Shown here one piece after another: positions 10,740 through 22,890 of a stretch of 37,360 nucleotides of DNA. Position 1 is the stretch's first letter. Each line of letters begins with the position of its first letter. The translations under genes and the position numbers were made by a program. The notes below the pieces were generated by a model. The model was not told the DNA's origin. It saw only the letters and a list, made by a program, of their open reading frames with translations, and did not search any database. The DNA is taken from positions 34,309,495 to 34,346,854 of the forward strand of contig NC_068987.1 of the NCBI RefSeq assembly GCF_001194135.2, read 5' to 3'. The stretch is from Octopus bimaculoides. Its lineage: Eukaryota.

Positions 10740-13700
10740 CAGACCCGCCTCCTATTCACACTGTCAATACTTTAATTACAAGGAAACCTTCATCCTGGAT
10801 CGGTCATCGCCCGGGAAACAAGGAACGCGTTGCCCAATGGGGAACCAGACTAGGGTAGAAAAGTCTGCTGTGGAACAAACTCTGAAAAGAAAAAAAAACG
10901 ATCTATTATTTTAATGGAACCACGATAAACCAAACCCTAGATCTGTAGTTACGCCACCAAAAACATCACTTAAAGCAAAACGCATAAAATCGATTACAAA
11001 GGACTACTGAGATGTATTGAACGTTTCTATACAGCCCATCTAAACCCAAACAATAACTTCATTGTACAAACATATATTTCATAGAGAAAATTAGTAGGCA
11101 ACGAATCACGCAGATATATAGATGCAAATAAATTACGTGATGTACGTAGATATACCATTAAGTATAAATTGTTAACTGACGCTCGAATTTCCCAAATTAT
11201 AGCAAAAATATAGCATGGCAAACAGTGAAGAACTGATATGCGGAAAATAAGGAGGAAGTAGACCTATCTCAAGAACACCAGGACAGATATGACACAGAAT
11301 ATAAGGTTAATAATATAGAGAAGATCATAGAAGCAAAGGGAGATATGAGAGAATTCAAAAATGAGTTAGTTGACATGACAAATAGAGAACCGGCGTTAAG
11401 CATAACAACATAATCATAATATATAATGTTGCTCTTAAGCAGATCTGGAGAAATAAGGGAAATGGCCTAATAAACTTAAATGACCTCATATGTTTCACTG
11501 CTAAAGTTGTAACTGCTCAAATAGGTATCAGGAAGAAACAGAAAAGGACCAACCATGTCAATAGACTTCCTAAGTGGAAAGTAGCAATACAAAAAGAGAT
11601 AGATTTTTTGCAGGCAGATATACCAGTTTACAATGAACTTGCTAGAGGAGTAAATGTTAACATGAGACGAGCTAGAAATATCAAGCAAAAATATAAAAAC
11701 AAAGATTTTATAAATCTCTCTGTAATTAAGGTACTAGTGGAATAGCGAATACAACTAAAGCCGAACGGATTAGGAGAAACGATAAAAGAATCAAATGTTA
11801 TCGACAAAATATGGTATTCAAGACGGATGCAAAGAACTTTTATAGGGAAATTGGCAAAGGTAAGATAGAAGTAAAGGAGCTAGGAGTTCTGGAAGTAGAT
11901 ATGGAGTAACACAAAATAATATAATGCTACAGCTGACTGGACAGAGTGTGAGAAAGTGAGACTAGATGAAGTTCAAGAGCAGAAATAGAGGGCAATAGAA
12001 ATAGAAGGGCTAAGATGTGTTCTTAGAATGTCTTAGAATTGGTAAACCTCAGGACTGGACCGAATTCCTAACTTCTTGCTGAATTGTTAGACAGAAATTC
12101 ACTAAAATTACGCTGCATGTCATCCAGAACTCAGCGCAAATACTTGCCTGTCTGACGGAAGAAACAACATACCTTCTACCAAAAACTGAAGACACAACAA
12201 CTCCAAATTACTACCCAGCAATAACCAGTCTCAACACAATCTTCAAAATCATCACATCCATATTAACTGACAGAATATACGCTTTCCTGTCATTCCACAA
12301 GCTCAAACAGGCTGTAAAAGGAATTCTACTGGGTGCAAAGATCAATTACACATAAATAAAATAACTGTAGACAATTGCCAGAGCAAAAAAGAACCTGAGT
12401 ATTTCTTGGATAGACTAAAGGAAAATATTTGATATTTTCCTGCATAACTGTCTACTCAAGGTCCTTGAGATATATAAGATCCCTCCTGTCGTCTCTAAGT
12501 TCTTAGAAGGTGGAACAGACATTCACTTCTAAGCCATAGTAATGGGACGATCCAATTTAATATCAACATCAAACGAGGCAACTTTCAAGGTGACTCCCTT
12601 TCCCAATTACTATTTTGCATGGCACTGATCCCACTATCATACGTACTAGATAACATCGGGTAGGAGTTGAAATGCGAAATTAACCCATCTGTTTTATATG
12701 GATGATCTTAAGCAATTTCCTCGAAGTGAAGAACAAATACGAGGGCTGGTAACAGCTGTTAAACAGTTCAGCAATGACATCGGGGTGGCTTTTGGTCTTG
12801 ATAAATGTGCTACAACAAATTTTGTAGGAAGCAAGATCAGGCAAACAAATTCCATTAGATTACATACCGACGCTGCCACCAAGCAGCTTGACCATAAAGG
12901 AAATTATAAATACCTGGGGATAAAAGGAGTTAGTATACAGCATGCTACCATGAAGGAAAAAATGAGAAAGGAGTATCACAGGAGAATGAGCCTCATATTA
13001 AAAATTGAACTGAACTCAAAAGATCGCATCGAAGCCATTAATATCCTGGCGCTTCCAATACTCCAAAATAGATTTACATAATAAACTGCAATCTTACAAA
13101 GCTACTAACGTCTAAAAACTTGTACCACCCAAAAGCAGCCGATGATCAGTTGTGTCCACCTAGAAGTAGTAGGGGAAGAGGGTTGGTGTAGGTATAATTG
13201 TACCATAAGACCTCCACAATAGCAATGAACAAGTACTTATCCAGTAAAGAGGACTAGACGTTGCAGCTTATGAGGAAACACGAAAGCAGCAAAAAATCAC
13301 ATTCACAAGGAAGCTTGCAAATTAACCCTGAAATATATGAAAAACCTGAAAGCACTACCACAAAACAAGCGAAACGTATCAAGCAGACTGCAGAGAAAAA
13401 AAAAACGGGCAGAAACAAATTGAGAAGCGGTGGAACCAGAAGCCACTGCATGGAACTATATACTTCGAAGCCAAATTCCTGACATAGACCAATCAACAAT
13501 CCATCAGTAGCTGAGAAATTCAGGACTGAAAGCAGAGACTAAAGCTTGCTACAAAAACTACCAGGTTAACGTTTTTCAAAACGATTCTGACCCTCAATAC
13601 AGATTCTGTGACACATTTGACGAAACAATATACCATCTCGTCTCGGGATATTCTGTACTGATACTAGACGAATACAAAAATCGGCACCAAATGGTAGGAC

Positions 13701-14281
13701 AGTATTTACACTGGAAAATATGTAAACGCTACAAAATCAGCACTCCTGAGTCAGTTCTGGAAGATAAAAATATCGCTATAATCTGGGATTCTACCGTCAA
13801 CACCGACAGAACGATCCAGACTAATCCACCAGACGTAATTATTAAAGACAGGGAAGAAGTAAGTATTCTCTCTGATAAAAATATATCTGTAAAGGAATTT
13901 GACAAATTCAGGAATTATAAGGACCTGGAAATGGAAAAACAAAAGATGTGGTATTTCTATATGAGAATTGTTCCATGTATTTGTAGTTGCACTAGGTATG
14001 ATTAAAAAAGGGATACCAGAAACACCTAGATAATATCCAAGGGGAAACATGTCACCGAGAAATCCAAAAGATTATGCTGACAAGTACTGCCCATATTCTT
14101 AGAATAACCCTATGCATCTTAATGTCTGTGTTGCATTACATGAAGATATTTCGCTACTGTCTCTAAAACGTCTTCTCCCCAAGCTTTCAGACATTCTGTA
14201 ACATCTCTTCTTCTTCACTCGCCCCAGAACGCTGGATATGTTTCGGCAAGTGATTGTAACAAATATGCAGATTCAAAGTAA
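10740..14281 (+). mobile_element. E5: near-full-length but pseudogenised R4/Dong-like retrotransposon, family B
   Basis: Ordered motifs: N-terminal AKRIK..DANKLRDVRRYTIKYKLLTD (~10980-11180), RLPKWKVAIQKEI, YRQNMVFKTDAKNFYREIG, TTYLLPK..YYPAIT, GCKDQL, ISWID, FQGDSLS, HLFYMDDLK (ORF 12698), YKYLGI, degenerate CCHC, GQYLHWKIC..IIWD..PPDVIIKD (13691..14005), LTSTAHILR, then 3'UTR and (TAA)n. 5' boundary uncertain. Confidence 0.95.
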
Positions 14282-14293
14282 ATAGTAATAGTA

Positions 14294-14373
<80 letters not shown>
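14281..14373 (+). repeat. (TAG/TAA)n array, tail of E5
   Basis: Read directly. Confidence 0.97.
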
Positions 14374-14454
14374 TAAAACTAGACCAGCAACGGACCATGA
14401 TAAAACGATGGCAAGAAAAGCCCCTACATGGTAAATACTGGGCTAAACTAAATG
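14374..14454 (+). mobile_element. E6: start of a 5'-truncated R4/Dong-like copy running into the gap
   Basis: KRWQEKPLHGKYWAKLN is the conserved K-LHG-Y motif that precedes the CCHC region; it begins right after a TAA array. Confidence 0.8.
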
Positions 14455-15366
14455 NNNNNNNNNNNNNNNNNNNNNNNNNNNNNNNNNNNNNNNNNNNNNN
14501 NNNNNNNNNNNNNNNNNNNNNNNNNNNNNNNNNNNNNNNNNNNNNNNNNNNNNNNNNNNNNNNNNNNNNNNNNNNNNNNNNNNNNNNNNNNNNNNNNNNN
14601 NNNNNNNNNNNNNNNNNNNNNNNNNNNNNNNNNNNNNNNNNNNNNNNNNNNNNNNNNNNNNNNNNNNNNNNNNNNNNNNNNNNNNNNNNNNNNNNNNNNN
14701 NNNNNNNNNNNNNNNNNNNNNNNNNNNNNNNNNNNNNNNNNNNNNNNNNNNNNNNNNNNNNNNNNNNNNNNNNNNNNNNNNNNNNNNNNNNNNNNNNNNN
14801 NNNNNNNNNNNNNNNNNNNNNNNNNNNNNNNNNNNNNNNNNNNNNNNNNNNNNNNNNNNNNNNNNNNNNNNNNNNNNNNNNNNNNNNNNNNNNNNNNNNN
14901 NNNNNNNNNNNNNNNNNNNNNNNNNNNNNNNNNNNNNNNNNNNNNNNNNNNNNNNNNNNNNNNNNNNNNNNNNNNNNNNNNNNNNNNNNNNNNNNNNNNN
15001 NNNNNNNNNNNNNNNNNNNNNNNNNNNNNNNNNNNNNNNNNNNNNNNNNNNNNNNNNNNNNNNNNNNNNNNNNNNNNNNNNNNNNNNNNNNNNNNNNNNN
15101 NNNNNNNNNNNNNNNNNNNNNNNNNNNNNNNNNNNNNNNNNNNNNNNNNNNNNNNNNNNNNNNNNNNNNNNNNNNNNNNNNNNNNNNNNNNNNNNNNNNN
15201 NNNNNNNNNNNNNNNNNNNNNNNNNNNNNNNNNNNNNNNNNNNNNNNNNNNNNNNNNNNNNNNNNNNNNNNNNNNNNNNNNNNNNNNNNNNNNNNNNNNN
15301 NNNNNNNNNNNNNNNNNNNNNNNNNNNNNNNNNNNNNNNNNNNNNNNNNNNNNNNNNNNNNNNNNN
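14455..15366. other. Assembly gap (912 N)
   Basis: Run of N. Confidence 1.

Positions 15367-15450
<84 letters not shown>
15367..15450 (+). repeat. (TAA)n array
   Basis: Read directly. Confidence 0.97.
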
Positions 15451-15453
<3 letters not shown>

Positions 15454-15640
15454 TACCAGGACTTACAAATATATATAACATACAGAAAATTGCACTACTG
15501 GGTACTGCACACATTCTACGCAAAACACTTTCAATACAGTAAACATAAGAGCACCACAGCAAACCACAGCACATACCCAAGGCGCACAGAGCTGCGCTCG
15601 GTAGTGAAGTGAAAGCACGTTATAAAAATAAAACTACTGA
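15451..15640 (+). mobile_element. E7: ~190 bp R4/Dong-like 3' terminus (family C) embedded between two TAA arrays
   Basis: KIPGLTNIYNIQKIALLGTAHILRKTLSIQ* with no internal stops, ~100 bp 3'UTR with a GCGCA-cagagc-TGCGC hairpin, then (TAA)n at 15640-15663. Confidence 0.92.
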
Positions 15641-15663
15641 ATAATAATAATAATAATAATAAT

Positions 15664-18290
15664 TTATTTTAGTATCCACAGTGGCATAAATGAGATACAG
15701 ATCCCAAGAACAGTAAACAGTTTATGTTGATATGTACAGAGATAGGGAGAAAGAATGAAAAGAAGAGTGAAATGCGATAAACTATGATAACATGAATGAT
15801 GCAATCTTCCTGATACATGAGAAACACCAAATAGAGCCAAAGAAGGAAACCCACATACTGAGATCACCATAGGTTTGAGACCACCCTCCTGCTCTTCAAC
15901 CCATGGGAGGATACCTGGAGCAGGACCACTCACTCAAGCCCGTTTTGACACAATTTCCTATCCTTTCACAAATTCACTGGCAGGTAGAACTTCCCTGCCC
16001 ACCCACAGTTTCCTTCCCACACGAAACTGTAAAAAGTCGATGAGAACGTGACAAAAGAGTAAAATGTATTTTCTTAGTACTCTCAGTTTCGTCCACCACA
16101 CCACCTGCCCTGCTTTGTTAAATGTGGGTGGCTGGGACATATAAAAATGATGGATTTGGATGGCAGTCAGTTTCATCCCACACTTGATTACAGCTTTTCC
16201 ACATAACTCCACAAGTCAACAATACTTGGGCATTGCACGAATGCATGCAGAACGGTTTCATCACTCGGATAATTCCTCCAGACAGAGCTTTCGTGCTTGT
16301 AGTGTTTATCCCAAACTGGCATTGCTCCTCAGTAGGACTGCCATGCCATGGACTTCTGAAAATTATCCATAGTAGTACCTGGCGCGAAAGTATTGCAAGA
16401 TAGGCCAGCAATTGATCATCGTCAACACTCCGAGTCTCTCCGGGAATCTGATTGCTAGATTTTTATATATCGCCACGGTAAAATTTCTACCAACGATATA
16501 TTTCGAGTACTAGATAGTAGTGAGCACCTGCCTGACAACATTTTTGACATCAGACACCTAATGTTGGTCTTTGATTTTCCCAGGACTAGAACTCAATCAA
16601 TGAAATGAGCTGTGGAAGAGCATGTCTTATTACCGGAGACAACGCTGGCTCACCGTCCATGAAAATCTGTAATTGGCGTAATGACAACGCGTGGCTGTGC
16701 ATTAACAAACATAACATGCAAATCCCACCATCAAGAGAACGAAGACAATAGTTGGAACGCCCGATTAGTAAAAAGCGACCTTCCCAGAAGTAATGGAAAT
16801 ATAAACGGTTCAGTTTGACTCTACATGGACTGGGGCAAGGTACAACACTGAAGTGATACATTATTAAAGATGGTATATATGCAAATTTGCCAGCTCTGCT
16901 CCACCTTTCAGGTATAGTTGCTTCTTATGCAATTTCGGATTGAGTTTGGCCACCCTGTTTGTAATATCTTTTCCAACTGGAGGTCTGTGCCAAACCAGAT
17001 GCCTAGCAATTTAACTGGACCGATTGCTGATCGACCTACAATTATATTTGTTGGCAGAGTCTTATTTGTCCATTTGCCAAACCGCAGTTCTACCAGCTTG
17101 TTTGGAGTTATTTTAGCTCCTCCTATCACCTCGTATCCCTTAACAATGGACTTCACTATCTGATCCTCTGTGCTCTGACACCGTAAACTTGATATCATCC
17201 CGCATATGCCAACACGGCTCTCCCGCATCCCAGTTGGAAGGGAATGCCTCCCAAAAGTTCTAGCTTCAGTAGCAAGGCTCTAACGCCAGAACATTTAGAA
17301 AAGATCAAAGAGCATACTCTTGTCGGATCGAGCGCGAGTTAGGAAATGGTTCTAAGAGATGACATCATACTTTAACCACAGAGCAAGCACCGGTTGTGTT
17401 GCTGCTTTTCAGCTGCTGAAAACGGGTTCGAAATCGGTTGCTTATAGAACTGCTGCCTTGTAACGAAGGTCGACCTTCATGAAGGCCTTGGTCTGATCCA
17501 AATTGATCACAGCTACACTGATTCCATACTTGCTAGGCATTCTTTGTATGATGTACCGCATGAGGTGCAGGTTGTCGAGGATGGATCCAATGGGGATTGC
17601 ACACGATTGAGCTTGTCCAGCTAAACTGTTCACAACGTACGCCAACCTCTTTGTCATAATCTTGGCCAATAAATTTTGAACTCTGCATTTGGCAGGAATA
17701 TAAGCCGGAAATTGTCCATAATATCTCTTATATTGGTGGCCTTACTCAGAAAAAATAACACAACTCGGCTCACGATTTACCGCCAATATAACCAAAGAAC
17801 TCTTACGGTAGACCATAGAAACAGGGTGACTTCTCTCTTGCGCATAAACTTTATACTTCTCGGATCTTAGTTGCTGTTATTGGCCTATCAAATTCGCTAG
17901 GAGTTACGGCAGGCTGTTGTGGTAGGTAATACATCCATAAATATTACTTTACCAGAAGAGTTGGACAAACTGCTGCTAGACGGTGGCGCACATTTGCTTG
18001 TAACAGCGCAGTAAGTGCCCATACTGATTTGCGAAAGACTGAACTGTGGCTTCGTTGCTACGTCTGGCCTCAACCGCTCTCCTACACAGAAAGTTTCTCT
18101 CCATCGAATATTTACGTGCCTTTGGTCTCTGGTTGAGACCCGGCCGGAAGATAAAATAAAATGGAAACGAAACGAAAAATAAACAACAACTACTATAGAA
18201 AAAGTGAAATGTGAGCCGGACGTGCATGCGTTAATCACGTGTTGACTCACGCGCAGTACAACCAAATCTATTTCAACACAGTAGCTTACA
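15664..18290 (-). mobile_element. Tx1/L1-clade LINE, decayed and internally deleted (RT, C-terminal domain, 3'UTR, probable ORF1 start/5'UTR)
   Basis: DNFRLIFLPNAEFK..LAKIMTKRLA..AQSCAIPIGSILDNLHLMRYII..VINLDQTKAF (17442..17669), RSIRQE..VLALEP, frameshifted AYA-DD (~17195-17210), VKLLGIWFG (16908..17228), degenerate zinc-knuckle region (~16200-16330), WWTKLR..GREVLPASEFVK. Ends in AATAAA at ~15664. 5' limit uncertain. Confidence 0.88.
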
Positions 18291-20151
18291 TCGAGAATCG
18301 TGCAAACCAAATACAAAAACGAAATATGTACTCGTATACGAATTTGGTTGGAAATTAATATCAAACTGTCTTTTTTTAGACTATAAAGTAAATCAAATGA
18401 TTTTTCCTTTATTTTAAAACTCATATCCGCTTCTGTGCAACTAAACCATTAATACTAACTTGTAGAATTCCTGCTCTCGCACAAAACACTTTTAAAAAAC
18501 GAATTTATCATGCAAGACATTCAGTATGCAATCTTTATCTTCATTATCCCAAATCACGCCATTGCGTGCCTGGCGTAATTTTACATAGGCCTACATATCT
18601 CCCTACCAATTATATATATGTATGTGTATGTATGCATATAGCCAAGCATAAAGCTTCCTTTGTGTATGCAATCAGGCGATAGTTTCTGAGAATGACAAGA
18701 AGTATATTAGAAATATATCCAAAAATAAACAATATATCCGAAAAAAAGTACAATGCCTTGGTGGATGGAAAAGAAAAGATAAGATATTACTTGATGATGC
18801 CTGTCTCATCTTTTTACTGATATATCTTTACATCCGTCTTAGTAACGATACAAAACCAACTCCTGGGATTTCTGGGTTTCAAACCACTGTAACCTATATC
18901 CCCATACATTTTTACAGTTGTGTAGTGCCTCCTTATATTTTAGATTTCTTCGTAAATTAAAAACGAAAATTGTCCTGTAACGAAGCCTTAAGTTTCTAAT
19001 GGATGAATCATCATACACATTTCACACCCTCAAGTTTAACGCATGCATAGCAGCTGTATATTCATACACATACGCATTCATAAGCAATAATATACTGCAT
19101 ACACACAATTACATTAATGACATACATAGACAAATATAACACTTCAGTACAACCTTTCTTAAGGCATATTCACAGTACAATACAACTTCCACAGCTCATA
19201 TACACACTTAAATAGCGTGCTTACATACACTGCGAACAATTATGCACAGACATACACACATGAACATTAAAGGACGATTCTATATACCCAGATACGAACA
19301 CACACTAGGAATATAAACACCTTAGATAAGCCCTTGACACAGATTCATAGAAAATACATACAATTATGCAAACAACCACCAGTACACAGTCATTTGAATA
19401 GTGTTACGATCAATAAAATTCGTGTACTTTTTCTACAAATGGCAAAATGATACATAGAAGGCATTATGTTTATACTCAATAAAAGTTGCTGAATCTATAT
19501 ACCTTGCACACATCCATGCACTCATAACACAATGTTCATCTCAACGAAACACATTGAAAGAGCTTACACACGGGAGACTAATACATATCAATCTCAAGTT
19601 TACGTTCCCTGACATGCTAGCAAACATGGAATCTATTTCCTTTCTGTCTCTATTTCGAACATTTTTGTCATAGTTTGATGTAAAAAAATCATGAATTAAG
19701 AACACACCTTCACACTTCGTTAATGCAATTAAAATCACATACACTCACAGCCTTGCACTAATATACATATATTCTTCAATAATAGGAGACACACGTTCAT
19801 TGGGTACACACGGACATGAGCTCATAATAACCTACACATTCGGTTCATAGTTATCCCAAATGTTACTTAGCATTGCACACTAATATTTAATCACTAGACA
19901 TACTCAGACATTTTCATCTATACTTATTAGGCTCAAGCATTCCAAATCGTATGAACTTGCATTTCGAAGAGTTTCTGAATGATACCTTTATATTATATTT
20001 TATTGATAGATATGGCTGAACATCGAAGAATGTGGAATTCGATCAGTTGAAATTAACAGTCAATTTCCATCCTAATGTCACAATAACGTAATAAAATATA
20101 GAACTATAGTCTTCAATAATGTATGGAGAGGAAATATTTTGTTCCGCGAAT

Positions 20152-20199
<48 letters not shown>

Positions 20200-20730
20200 T
20201 TTCTGTGTGTGTGTGTGTGTGTGTGTNNNNNNNNNNNNNNNNNNNNNNNNNNNNNNNNNNNNNNNNNNNNNNNNNNNNNNNNNNNNNNNNNNNNNNNNNN
20301 NNNNNNNNNNNNNNNNNNNNNNNNNNNNNNNNNNNNNNNNNNNNNNNNNNNNNNNNNNNNNNNNNNNNNNNNNNNNNNNNNNNNNNNNNNNNNNNNNNNN
20401 NNNNNNNNNNNNNNNNNNNNNNNNNNNNNNNNNNNNNNNNNNNNNNNNNNNNNNNNNNNNNNNNNNNNNNNNNNNNNNNNNNNNNNNNNNNNNNNNNNNN
20501 NNNNNNNNNNNNNNNNNNNNNNNNNNNNNNNNNNNNNNNNNNNNNNNNNNNNNNNNNNNNNNNNNNNNNNNNNNNNNNNNNNNNNNNNNNNNNNNNNNNN
20601 NNNNNNNNNNNNNNNNNNNNNNNNNNNNNNNNNNNNNNNNNNNNNNNNNNNNNNNNNNNNNNNNNNNNNNNNNNNNNNNNNNNNNNNNNNNNNNNNNNNN
20701 NNNNNNNNNNNNNNNNNNNNNNNNNNNNNN

Positions 20731-20761
<31 letters not shown>

Positions 20762-20770
20762 GGGGAGAGA
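20152..20770. repeat. (TG)n | 504-N gap (20227-20730) | (TA)n(GA)n
   Basis: Read directly. Confidence 0.97.
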
Positions 20771-20795
20771 TAGAGATTATTATAGGAGGAGGGGT

Positions 20796-21175
20796 GGAGG
20801 TACAATGGCCCAATGGTTAGGGCAGTGGACTCGCGGTCATAGGATCGCGATTTCTATTCCCATACCGGGTGTTGTGAGTGCTAATTGAGCGGAATCACCC
20901 AAAGTTTGACGATCCTCCAGCAGGGGGTCGTGGTGAAATCTGCCCTATTCTTTCACCACAACTTTCTCTCACTCTTTCTTCCTGTTTCTGTTGTACCAGT
21001 ATTTCAAAGGGCCAAACTTGTCACACACTGTGTCACGCTGAATCTTCTCGAGAGCTACGTTAATGGTACATGTATCTGTGGAGTGCTCAGCCACTTGCAG
21101 GTTAATTTCATGAGCAGGCTGCTTTGTTGATAGGATCAGCTGGAACCCTCGTCGTCGAAACCTACGGAGTGCCAC
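20796..21175 (+). mobile_element. tRNA-derived SINE (~380 bp), Octopus OR-type (tRNA-Arg-related) by recall
   Basis: Head GGAGGTACAATGGCCCAATGGTTAGGGCAGTGGACTCGCGG with A-box TGGCCCAATGG and degenerate B-box (GATTTCTATTCCC). The body (TTTCTCTCACTCTTTCTTCCTG..GTGGAGTGCTCAGCCACTTGCA..GGAACCCTCGTCGTCG..ACGGAGTGCC) matches an abundant octopus SINE as I remember it. Confidence 0.82.
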
Positions 21176-21384
21176 TTCCCCATATTTGTGCAATGTCTCA
21201 CATAGTGATGCAGACAACGGAAAATAGAAATGGGAGAAAAAATAAAGAAGCTATTAGTAGATTAACGGACACGCATGGTTATCATCTAAGCGTAAGAACT
21301 TAGTTATATCGTAGTCCTGCTTGCCATCGTTAAGACATCTTTAAATAGTGGAACGAATAATCTTAGATGTTACGATATCAGGCA

Positions 21385-21547
21385 TATATGAACAGATGCA
21401 CACACACACAAACACGCATACATATACACACTCGCAAACACATAGATACACAAACATATATACATAGGTATATGCAATAATGCATATAGATGTTCATCTA
21501 GAGCATCATATCTCGATCTATGTCTATCTCTATCTCTCACACACACA

Positions 21548-21579
<32 letters not shown>

Positions 21580-22322
21580 CTGTCTCTCGCGCTCTGTTTG
21601 TATATATACAAATGTACACACACACACACACACACACAGACACACACACACAGACACACATACATACACACACACATACCCACACACACACACACACACA
21701 CNNNNNNNNNNNNNNNNNNNNNNNNNNNNNNNNNNNNNNNNNNNNNNNNNNNNNNNNNNNNNNNNNNNNNNNNNNNNNNNNNNNNNNNNNNNNNNNNNNN
21801 NNNNNNNNNNNNNNNNNNNNNNNNNNNNNNNNNNNNNNNNNNNNNNNNNNNNNNNNNNNNNNNNNNNNNNNNNNNNNNNNNNNNNNNNNNNNNNNNNNNN
21901 NNNNNNNNNNNNNNNNNNNNNNNNNNNNNNNNNNNNNNNNNNNNNNNNNNNNNNNNNNNNNNNNNNNNNNNNNNNNNNNNNNNNNNNNNNNNNNNNNNNN
22001 NNNNNNNNNNNNNNNNNNNNNNNNNNNNNNNNNNNNNNNNNNNTATGTATGTATGTATGTATGTATTATTTATGTATGTGTGTCTGTATGTATGTGTATA
22101 TATATATGGATGTATGCAGGTATATATGTATGTGTGTAAGCATTTCTCTCAATCTCTCACTCTCAATGTATGTAAGCATAAGCATATATGCATGTACGTA
22201 TGTGTAAGTATGTTTGCACATATGTATGTGTGCAAGCATGTAGGTGTGTCTGCTTGTTTGTAAATATGTATGTATGCAGATGTATATGTATGTGTGTAAG
22301 CATTTCTCTGTCTATCTATCTA

Positions 22323-22381
<59 letters not shown>

Positions 22382-22460
22382 CTCTCTATCTATTTAACTA
22401 TCTATATCTCTATCTATATATCTATTCCTCTATATATCTGTCTATATTTCTATGTAATAT
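21385..22460. repeat. Large compound microsatellite field (CA, CT, TATG, TA) containing a 342-N gap (21702-22043)
   Basis: Read directly; source of all ORFs from 21370 to 22462. Confidence 0.95.
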
Positions 22461-22828
22461 AATTTTCGCTGAAATACCTGATTAAATTATTACACATTTG
22501 TTAAAAAGTCCGAAAAGTTGTGCATGTTCACGAAGTTTTATATAGTTATCCGCAAAGTTGTGGATATCAAGCTATAAAGATGCTTGTTTACAGATAAGAA
22601 TCGTCACATCAGAGTTAATGTTTCTCTGAAAATTCTGAAGCCAGTATAAAGTCGCCATTAAGCCTACTTATTTATCTCGAAATCAATCGAGAAAATGGCA
22701 ACATTTAATCCTCATATATACAAAAGCACGCTCTGATAGGAATCCACATATTTTCAGCTTCAGCTTCTCTTTTTTCAGATTATTATCTCCATAGTTATCA
22801 CGAATGAAAGGAAAGAAATATCTGGTAC

Positions 22829-22890
22829 TTACACACACACACACACAGACACACACAGACACACACACACGCACATACACGCGCGCGCGC
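22829..22890. repeat. (CA)n grading to (CG)n
   Basis: Read directly. Confidence 0.9.

Noticed and set aside
8928-15580. Long ORFs 8928..9722, 8974..9570, 14273..15580, 14397..15542, 14452..15369
   Set aside because: Length comes from reading through N gaps; only short flanks are real TE sequence.
19030-19900. CA-skewed tract with ORF 19541..19744
   Set aside because: Looks like an old degenerate (CA)/(TACA) microsatellite field; the ORF has no motif or splice support.
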